Below, piece by piece: positions 1 through 6,689 of a stretch of DNA of 64,000 bases. Each line of letters starts with the position of its first letter. Positions within the stretch are counted from its first letter, which is position 1. A program made the position numbers and the translations under genes. The DNA comes from an uncultured Bacteroidota bacterium (lineage in GTDB: Bacteria; Bacteroidota; Bacteroidia; Flavobacteriales; Flavobacteriaceae). The notes below the pieces were generated by a model that ran no database searches, was not told where the DNA came from, and was given only the letters and a program-made list of their open reading frames with translations. The stretch covers positions 88,035 through 152,034 of the forward strand of contig CABXHU010000002.1 in NCBI GenBank assembly GCA_902512065.1, given 5' to 3'.

Positions 1-149
1 AGATAAAAACGATAAAATGAGCCAACACTATTTCATCTTCTTACAATTATAAATATTAAGTTTTTCTGAAAACGAATAAGAAAGTTTAGATTTTCTTACA
101 AAGTATTACAGAATCTCCTTTAAACTTGTAGATTAGCAAAGAAAATAAT

Positions 150-167
150 AATTCGGAATTCCGAACT
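150..167. repeat. 18-bp palindromic motif copy 1 (AATTCGGAATTCCGAACT), abutting the start codon of ORF 169-1281
   Basis: Read directly. TTCGGAATTCCGAA is a perfect 14-bp palindrome. It shares 16/18 positions with the copy at 4486-4503 and the CCGAACT half-site with 3481-3498. Confidence 0.7.
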
Positions 168-168
168 T

Positions 169-1281
169 ATGAAGCAGATTAGAATTTTAGTAATTCCAAA
201 TATCACTAATAGTAGAGATATTGAATCAGATAGTTTTTTTGATGTATTATTTCAACAGATAAACCAATTGGGAAATGACTTCTTTTGGATTGTACCAACC
301 ATTAAACAAAGTAAAAGAATAGGAGGGTTTAACAATGTTTTACAGATACCAATTGATATGAGTGGTAATATGTTCCATATGAGAGTAAATATGCCCTTAG
401 AACTCATTAAAATACTTCAAACATCAACACTAAATAAGAACAGAACCAATGATAAATTCTATGTAGAGTATGATATTGTGTATTCTCACTTGATGGATTG
501 GAATATTAGAAGATATGTACCAACTAAAAAGAAGATAATCGGTTATGCTCATTGGTGGGAAGGTTCATATTGTAATGGGTTATCAAATTTTAATAATCAT
601 TTGAATTTTGAAAGAGAAATATTAGGAACATTACAAACGGAAATCTGTTTTGTAAATACATTGGCACAAAAGAAAAGGGTTATTGAAGAGGCAAAGAAAA
701 CCTTTAATGAATCTATAATATCTCAATTAGAAAACATTATACAAGTCTATCATTTATCCATACCAAAAGAATCGATTAAAGAACCATCAGATAGTAGATA
801 TCGAATGATAACATTCAATCACCGTACAACCACATATAAAGGGTTTCCGAAATTTATGAAATGGATGAATGAGTTTAGAGATATCCGTACGGATTTTGAG
901 TTGTGGATTCCCCTAGCTGATAAAAAATATGATGAACATTGGATTGATACATCTTCCTATAGTAAAATGAAATATTTGGATAGGTTATCTAAATCATTGG
1001 TTTGTGTAGTTCCAAAGGATAAACACTTTGGTTGGAGTATTAGTGGAACTGATTCAATGATGGTTGGTACGCCTACACTATTTGAGGAATCTGATAACTA
1101 TAGAGAGATATTTCCGAAGGGTTTATTTTATTCGAATAAGAGAGAGTTTTTCTCCATAATGAATAATCTATTAGATGATTCCAAATATGTTAAGGAATGG
1201 GGTTTAAAATCGATTAGAAGGGCAAAAGAATTGAGTAATAATAAGAGTATTCAGTTGTTAAGGGAAAATCTTTTGGTTTAA
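169..1281 (+). CDS. Hypothetical protein, possibly a GT-B (double Rossmann) glycosyltransferase-like fold; cargo of the mobile element
   Basis: 370-aa ORF. The N-terminus MKQIRILVIPN resembles the beta1 strand of GT-B enzymes. The C-terminal block HFGWSISGTDSMMVGTPTLFEESDNYREIF resembles the GT4/GT-B nucleotide-sugar binding region (E-FG-x-EAM-x-G-PV) but lacks the canonical glutamates. The fold call is weak. Confidence 0.55.
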   Translation: MKQIRILVIPNITNSRDIESDSFFDVLFQQINQLGNDFFWIVPTIKQSKRIGGFNNVLQIPIDMSGNMFHMRVNMPLELIKILQTSTLNKNRTNDKFYVEYDIVYSHLMDWNIRRYVPTKKKIIGYAHWWEGSYCNGLSNFNNHLNFEREILGTLQTEICFVNTLAQKKRVIEEAKKTFNESIISQLENIIQVYHLSIPKESIKEPSDSRYRMITFNHRTTTYKGFPKFMKWMNEFRDIRTDFELWIPLADKKYDEHWIDTSSYSKMKYLDRLSKSLVCVVPKDKHFGWSISGTDSMMVGTPTLFEESDNYREIFPKGLFYSNKREFFSIMNNLLDDSKYVKEWGLKSIRRAKELSNNKSIQLLRENLLV

Positions 1282-3467
1282 TCTTCGGTTTCCATAATTT
1301 GAAGGGATTTCCCTCTATTAGCTAACCAACTTCTCAAAGTTTGTTCATCCATCTCTTCGTACCAATAGAACTCATTATCTAACCTACCTTCTGACTTGAG
1401 TTTTTGATATCTCTTTATCGCTTTTGGTTTCCACCATTTTAATATCTTTTCAATCGATATATCTTTCTTTTCCAATTTACTTTCATCGATATTACCGTTA
1501 AGGAAATCTTTAGTATTCTTATACAATTCACAGAAATAAACACCTTTCTCATTCAGATGGAAATAATCGGATTTCTTTAATCCTAAATAATCAAAGATTT
1601 TCCCCATTAATTGTTGTTTAGGGCCCGTTTGAACACCTCCACTTGGTGAAAACATAGATTTGTTGTAATCCTCCATATTATTTTGTTTCAACCAATTCAA
1701 CCAATACGAATAAATGTTTGCTGTTGGGTTTAGTATTACTTTACCTTTTGTTCTACCTAATTTTTTCAAATTAGGTATTCCATTATATGTTGAATTAGTA
1801 CCAAATAGAGCTGTGGTAGTAATTCCTACTAACACATCACCATATCTTTCCTTCCAATCGTTTTGAATTCTATCGGTAAAAGATAGTGATGCTATCAATT
1901 TCGTGCCTAAGAAGTTATATCCTAAAACGGATGTGGAAACTAATGTTGGTGTGATAGCTGTGTGGTTAATCTTCTTTTCTGAAACCTTCATTGAATTACT
2001 CCATCCAATCTTTTTATCTCTAACATCGATATGCATAATATCAGAACCTACCACAATCATTCCTAATATCTTTTTTGTTGGTTTATCAACTACCAAATAT
2101 TTTAGATTACGGCCAGGATTTGGATTCCACTGCATCGAAGATGTATATATTCTTATGGCATTGAAAAAGGATTTATCTTTTGGTGGTTCTTCCAAATAAG
2201 GTTCTAATGATTCGATTTCTTTAATCGTTTGTTTCTCATTACTAATATCGGCTGGTTTCCATAATGATTTTAATGCCTTCTTTCTTACTTCTATAGGGAT
2301 ATTCGTTCCTTCAATCTCATCAAATTTCTCATATACTAATAATTCCCTCATTGTTAGAGACTTCTTAAAATCTAAATCTTTGATTAACTCACTTCTCTTT
2401 TTATCTAACTCATTTAACTTGGATTCATCAAATGAAATGGTTTTATATTTCCCTAATGTTATTTCGCTCATTAAACTGAAAGGATAGGTATTTTGAATCG
2501 TATCAATTAACTCATCAACTGATACTTTGGGAAGGTTTCGTTTGATTGGTACTGTATAATCATTATCGGTTTTTCCTTTTTGTTTTTTAGATTTGATTAC
2601 AGATGGTAAAGAGTTGTATGCCTTTTCAACACTTATCGTTCCCATTGGGTTCACCTTCAATAATTTTATCTCTTCAATCAATTTGGGATTCTCTTTATAA
2701 ACCTTATACCATTTCCAAGCTGTATCCTTATTGATTCCAAAATCTTTAGCAATTGTTTGAACTACATTGATACTATCAGTTTTACCTCTACCGCCTAACT
2801 TCTGATATAGGTTTTTATCTAATTCATCAAATTCTCTTTTGAATATACTTTTGTTTTTTTCCCTCTGTTTGTTGAAATGAATGATAGCAAGGATATCGTT
2901 ATCAAACTCAACAATTCTTATAGGTACAGATTCAATACCAACAGATTTACAGGCGAACCATCTCCTATGCCCACTAATAATTTGTTTAGTTGGATTTACA
3001 ACGATAGGTTCTAATATTCCATATTTCTTAATGGATTCAATAAAATCGTTTCTTAAATCTTTATCCTCCGATTCAAAAGGTTCATAAATTTCATAGTTGT
3101 AGGGGTGGGGTTTAATGCTATCAATAGGAACTTCCGTTATTTCGAAATTATCGAATGTAGGTTGAGAATCCTTTTCAATATTTGTAATAAGGTTAACTAC
3201 TGAAATTTTCTTTGGGTTCAATTTCTTTTCTATTTCTAAATTCTCGCCACCATCTACCCATCCATCACCTTTTAATTTAACGGATGTTACTTGATTCATT
3301 TTTCCTTTAGCTAATTTAATAGCTTCCTTTTCGGTAATCTTACCATCCTCAATACCTTTTAAAAGATTAGGATGTTTATCTAATAACTTTTTATTCATTT
3401 TAGATTCTAACTCCCTTTTCTTTTTTGAGAATTCTTTTCGCTTTCGTTTGTGTTTTTCGTAATCCAT
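1278..3467 (-). CDS. ParB/Srx-like N-terminal domain, HTH and DUF4338-like (DruA-type) C-terminal domain fusion protein
   Basis: 729-aa ORF. Residues 112-186 carry IDSIKPHPYN, YGILEPIVV and ISGHRRWFACKSVG, the last being the ParB GxxRxxA arginine patch. Residues 238-256 are HTH-like (TIAKDFGINKDTAWKWYKV). Residues ~436-580 carry GRNLKYLV, VRDKKIGWS, DWKERYG and GRTKGK, which match my recollection of the DUF4338 consensus blocks. Confidence 0.7.
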   Translation of the reverse strand: MDYEKHKRKRKEFSKKKRELESKMNKKLLDKHPNLLKGIEDGKITEKEAIKLAKGKMNQVTSVKLKGDGWVDGGENLEIEKKLNPKKISVVNLITNIEKDSQPTFDNFEITEVPIDSIKPHPYNYEIYEPFESEDKDLRNDFIESIKKYGILEPIVVNPTKQIISGHRRWFACKSVGIESVPIRIVEFDNDILAIIHFNKQREKNKSIFKREFDELDKNLYQKLGGRGKTDSINVVQTIAKDFGINKDTAWKWYKVYKENPKLIEEIKLLKVNPMGTISVEKAYNSLPSVIKSKKQKGKTDNDYTVPIKRNLPKVSVDELIDTIQNTYPFSLMSEITLGKYKTISFDESKLNELDKKRSELIKDLDFKKSLTMRELLVYEKFDEIEGTNIPIEVRKKALKSLWKPADISNEKQTIKEIESLEPYLEEPPKDKSFFNAIRIYTSSMQWNPNPGRNLKYLVVDKPTKKILGMIVVGSDIMHIDVRDKKIGWSNSMKVSEKKINHTAITPTLVSTSVLGYNFLGTKLIASLSFTDRIQNDWKERYGDVLVGITTTALFGTNSTYNGIPNLKKLGRTKGKVILNPTANIYSYWLNWLKQNNMEDYNKSMFSPSGGVQTGPKQQLMGKIFDYLGLKKSDYFHLNEKGVYFCELYKNTKDFLNGNIDESKLEKKDISIEKILKWWKPKAIKRYQKLKSEGRLDNEFYWYEEMDEQTLRSWLANRGKSLQIMETED

Positions 3468-3480
3468 ATTAAAAAAGAAT

Positions 3481-3498
3481 AGTTCGGTTTTCCGAACT
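3481..3498. repeat. 18-bp palindromic motif copy 2 (AGTTCGGTTTTCCGAACT), 14 nt upstream of the ParB-DUF4338 gene start
   Basis: Perfect 7-bp inverted arms AGTTCGG/CCGAACT separated by TTTT. The half-site is the same as in copies 1 and 3. Confidence 0.7.
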
Positions 3499-3850
3499 CT
3501 TCAAATTTAGTAAAAAGAATTAGTATGTTTTTTCTATACTGTAAAAATTTGTTTGCTATAAATTAACGATACCGAGCCAGATTTAAGAAAAAAACTTTTC
3601 CCTAGATGCAAGTAACCTCTTGGGGTATATATACGGATGCTTTTTCCCAATATAAGGTACTTAAAATTCCTGAGAAAATCAAGGAATAATCAATGTTTAT
3701 AGGGTATTAAGAGTTGATTTTTATACATTTTAGATGTATACCTTAAAGAGTGAGTTTGAAATTCAAAAAAACATCAAAATAACCCGAAAAATAGTTGCCT
3801 GATACACAAAATTGAAGTAACTTCACTATGAAATCAAAAAAGTGTAAAAA

Positions 3851-4486
3851 ATGAGAATATTAAGATACAATCGTTGTTCTACTTTAGAACAAAATTTAGA
3901 TTATCAGAAGAAATCTGAGGAATCTGTTAAATATGCATATGTTTTCGATGAATATGAGAGTGGGATGCAGAACTTGTTTAGCAGAAAAAAAGGTTCAATC
4001 GTAAAAGAATTGGTACTTGAAAAAAAAATTGATGAAATCAGCATCTATTCAGTAGATAGAATTAGTAGGAGTATAGCTGATTTGTGTAGTATTATAGATT
4101 TTCTTCATAGTAATGGAGTTTCTCTATCAATTGAAAATTTAGGTGTAAAATCGTTGGTAGAAGGTAAGGAAACACCTGCAATTATGTTTTTAATTCATCT
4201 TCAATCCGCATTTTCACAAATGAATTACTACGATAGGAGAGAAAAACAACTCGCTGGGATTGAGAGAGCAAAATTAAAAGGGGTATATAAAAACAGAAAA
4301 TTGAGAGGAAAAGAAACATTAGATAATTGGATTAAGAAACCGAAGATTAGAAAAGCAATAGAAATAATTAAGATGAATCCAAAGATGAGGAATTGTGATA
4401 TCGCTAAGGTATCAGAGTTACATTACAATACAATTAGAAAGATTAGAGAGAAAATGGAGATACCTAAAATGGAGGTGGCTGTATAA
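3851..4486 (+). CDS. Serine recombinase (resolvase/invertase family)
   Basis: The N-terminus MRILRYNRCSTLEQNLDYQ fits the resolvase catalytic motif Y-x-R-x-S-x-x-x-Q. It also has a DRISRS motif and a C-terminal HTH-like segment (NCDIAKVSELHYNTIRKI). Size is 211 aa. Confidence 0.8.
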   Translation: MRILRYNRCSTLEQNLDYQKKSEESVKYAYVFDEYESGMQNLFSRKKGSIVKELVLEKKIDEISIYSVDRISRSIADLCSIIDFLHSNGVSLSIENLGVKSLVEGKETPAIMFLIHLQSAFSQMNYYDRREKQLAGIERAKLKGVYKNRKLRGKETLDNWIKKPKIRKAIEIIKMNPKMRNCDIAKVSELHYNTIRKIREKMEIPKMEVAV

Positions 4487-4503
4487 AACCGGAATTCCGA
4501 ACT
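4486..4503. repeat. 18-bp motif copy 3 (AAACCGGAATTCCGAACT), between the convergent stops of the two recombinase genes
   Basis: CGGAATTCCGAACT is identical to copy 1. It begins on the last base of the resolvase stop codon and ends 3 nt before the integrase stop. Confidence 0.7.
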
Positions 4504-4505
4504 CT

Positions 4506-6254
4506 TTATTGTTCGATTCTATTTTTATTTAATATGGTTTTTAATCTATTAGTTAATAAGGTTTCTCTACCACTTTCAATATCCAATCTCTTATAATACA
4601 TCATCATTGTTTGCATCGTATGGCCAACAATTTCACATAATTCCATCGGTTCTACACCTTCTCTTCTTACCATATATGAAATAAAGTTTTTTCGAAGGTG
4701 GTGTGAGGAAGTTATATTTCTAAATTTCCAGCCTAATCCATTTTCTATTACTTCTGTATGTAAACCTTTTTTTCTTTTTCTTACCACTTTGGTAGTTCCT
4801 TTGTTTACCATCTTCAACTTGAATAGATTCAAATAATAGTTGGTTTGTAATGGTTGGTTTGGTTTCTTTTTGAAATTTGGTGAGGAAAACAAATAGTATG
4901 ATTTAGGCCATAGATACATACAAACATCGATAATATTCGTTTCATATCGAAAGTCCTTCTTACCATCCTTAGTTTCAAACTCAACCTTATATCCTAATCC
5001 CTTTGGAGGTTTATGATGGAAGCTCCAAATCGTTTCATCAATAGGAACTATTCTATTTTTATGTTTAGAGTTAAGGATATAGAATAGATAAAGGTTTTTA
5101 TCTTTTTTATCTTTTGTAAAATATGAACGCATATTTACATCTGTTACATTGGATTTTATCATATCCTCTTTACTTCTAAATGATTTTAGAATTTCCCCAA
5201 TCCTAAAACCATATCTTAATTGTAATAAAGAAATAAAATAAACTATATCAACACCTATTGGATAATCAGATGGTTGATTTCTGTGAGGTTTCTTTCCTAA
5301 TGTAGAATCTTCATCTACTTTCGGATTATAGGTTGTTCGTAGTTGTTCCGTTTCTCCTTTATGTTTACAAACAGATATCCATTTCTCTCTAACTATTTCA
5401 ACACATTCCTTAACACACTTCAAATAATCTTCTTTATAGAACAATACCATATCATTCTTATCTTCAGGCGGTACATAATCTTTGTAATATTTCTTTATTA
5501 GTTCTATTTGAAAATCTACTGTAAATGGGTGATAATCGAACAATTCCAATCCATCTAATGATTTTTTTCTTACTAACCAATCACAAAAAAATCTAACACT
5601 CCTCAAATAATTCTTTGCGGTAGGCCTCCTAATAGTTTCACCTTTTTCAGAATTTAGGTATCCTTTTTTCTTACCGAACTCTAATGTATATTCCAAATAA
5701 TCTTTCACAACAGTTGTTAACGATGAAGTAGGTACAACACTAATAGGGATTTTATTGGTTTTACAATATTCATAAAACCCTCTAATATGAATTAATCTAT
5801 TCTTAACTGTAGTTTTATTTCTCTTTATTACTTTGATATTCTTATCATCTATTAACTTGAATTTCTTTATATCAAAATAATACCCTCCATCTGAGGAATG
5901 TTTTGTTATATACTCTAAAATGAATTCAGATAACAGATGAGAATTTTTAGTTTTGATTCTATAACCGGATTGGATTTTTATTTTAAGTTTTTCAAAAGCA
6001 TACTGAAATGATGTTTGATTATATTCTATATCTTTTGGTTCAGTACTACATAGATATTTGAATCTACTTTTACCTTTTGATAAAACATAATACCAAAAGA
6101 ATTTACCATTAACCTTTTTTATTATAAACGAACCCATCTTTTCGGGCGTATCAAAAATATCTTGGTTGGTTCTTATTAGAGCTTCCTCCAAAGATTTACT
6201 CCATCCATTGAGAGTTCTTAATTTATCTTGTGCCCATTTTGGAGTAATTCCCAT
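4506..6254 (-). CDS. Tyrosine recombinase / phage-type integrase with a long N-terminal extension
   Basis: The C-terminal catalytic signature is present: RYGFRIGE (Arg I), HHLRKNF (H-x-x-R) and VGHTMQTMMMYYKRL (His/Tyr). At 582 aa it is well above the usual 350-420 aa. Confidence 0.8.
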   Translation of the reverse strand: MGITPKWAQDKLRTLNGWSKSLEEALIRTNQDIFDTPEKMGSFIIKKVNGKFFWYYVLSKGKSRFKYLCSTEPKDIEYNQTSFQYAFEKLKIKIQSGYRIKTKNSHLLSEFILEYITKHSSDGGYYFDIKKFKLIDDKNIKVIKRNKTTVKNRLIHIRGFYEYCKTNKIPISVVPTSSLTTVVKDYLEYTLEFGKKKGYLNSEKGETIRRPTAKNYLRSVRFFCDWLVRKKSLDGLELFDYHPFTVDFQIELIKKYYKDYVPPEDKNDMVLFYKEDYLKCVKECVEIVREKWISVCKHKGETEQLRTTYNPKVDEDSTLGKKPHRNQPSDYPIGVDIVYFISLLQLRYGFRIGEILKSFRSKEDMIKSNVTDVNMRSYFTKDKKDKNLYLFYILNSKHKNRIVPIDETIWSFHHKPPKGLGYKVEFETKDGKKDFRYETNIIDVCMYLWPKSYYLFSSPNFKKKPNQPLQTNYYLNLFKLKMVNKGTTKVVRKRKKGLHTEVIENGLGWKFRNITSSHHLRKNFISYMVRREGVEPMELCEIVGHTMQTMMMYYKRLDIESGRETLLTNRLKTILNKNRIEQ

Positions 6255-6265
6255 CTATTTTTGTT

Positions 6266-6348
6266 GTTGGTAAAAACTCTAATTTAATGAAATTATATCA
6301 AAATTTGATAAAATTCAAAAGAAATTTGTTGGTAAATCGTTGGTAAAT
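6266..6348 (+). repeat. Three direct copies of GTTGGTAAA (6266-6274, 6328-6336, 6339-6347) just upstream of the integrase start
   Basis: Read directly. Their position next to the int gene is compatible with arm-type integrase binding sites, but the motif is short. Confidence 0.3.
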
Positions 6349-6662
6349 GAAATATTCAGTTTTTTAGAAATCTTTGTTATCCTCTGTTAAATAAGGATTT
6401 TGGAGGTAATTAACAACGACCATAAGAGTTTATGTAAAGCGATTTTTCCACTTTTTTAGAACTATCTTGATTTTTTAAAATTGTAGACTCACCATTATAT
6501 AGGTATGGGTTTTTTTCTACTTTTTTTAAATCGTTACTCATTATCTATAATATAAATATAGTCTGCAAATATATTAAAAATACGCCAATTTGTCATGTTT
6601 TTTAGTATGATCTCATTAAATGCACGATTTTCATGTATTATATGGATATTAAAAAATTCTTC

Positions 6663-6670
6663 TACATTTG
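6663..6670 (+). promoter_or_regulatory. Bacteroidota -7 promoter box TAcaTTTG upstream of topA
   Basis: Matches the TAnnTTTG consensus. It ends 20 nt upstream of the ATG at 6690. Confidence 0.45.
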
Positions 6671-6689
6671 TACATCTTAATTAAAAAAA

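Larger units (their letters stand above)
1..6300. mobile_element. Right-hand part of a putative integrated mobile element (cut by the window start): tyrosine integrase, serine recombinase and two-gene cargo
   Basis: Two site-specific recombinase genes (3851-4486, 4506-6254) lie beside non-housekeeping cargo ORFs. Non-coding spacers are long (3468-3850, 6255-6689), a repeated 18-bp motif is present, and core genes begin abruptly at topA (6690). The ends were not identified; the right end is only guessed to lie in 6255-6689. Confidence 0.5.

Noticed and set aside
1903-3087. Plus-strand ORFs 1903-2199 (98 aa) and 2881-3087 (68 aa) inside the ParB-DUF4338 gene
   Set aside because: Both are fully antisense to a much longer ORF with recognisable domains. 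Their translations are low-complexity and hydrophobic (I/L/F/S-rich), as expected from the reverse strand of an AT-rich, Lys/Glu-rich gene. No start context was seen.
1-6300. Calling the element a Druantia system because of the DUF4338-like domain
   Set aside because: Druantia requires additional large genes (druB-D or druH, and the DUF1998-helicase druE). None is present in the visible part of the element, so only the domain similarity is claimed.
6481-6492. 12-mer TTGTAGACTCAC shared between the int-topA spacer and the tRNA-fMet promoter/leader (15858-15869), considered as a possible tRNA remnant or att site
   Set aside because: Exact 12-mer matches are expected by chance many times in 64 kb of AT-rich DNA. 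Similarity stops immediately on both sides, and no tRNA-like sequence follows at 6493 onwards.
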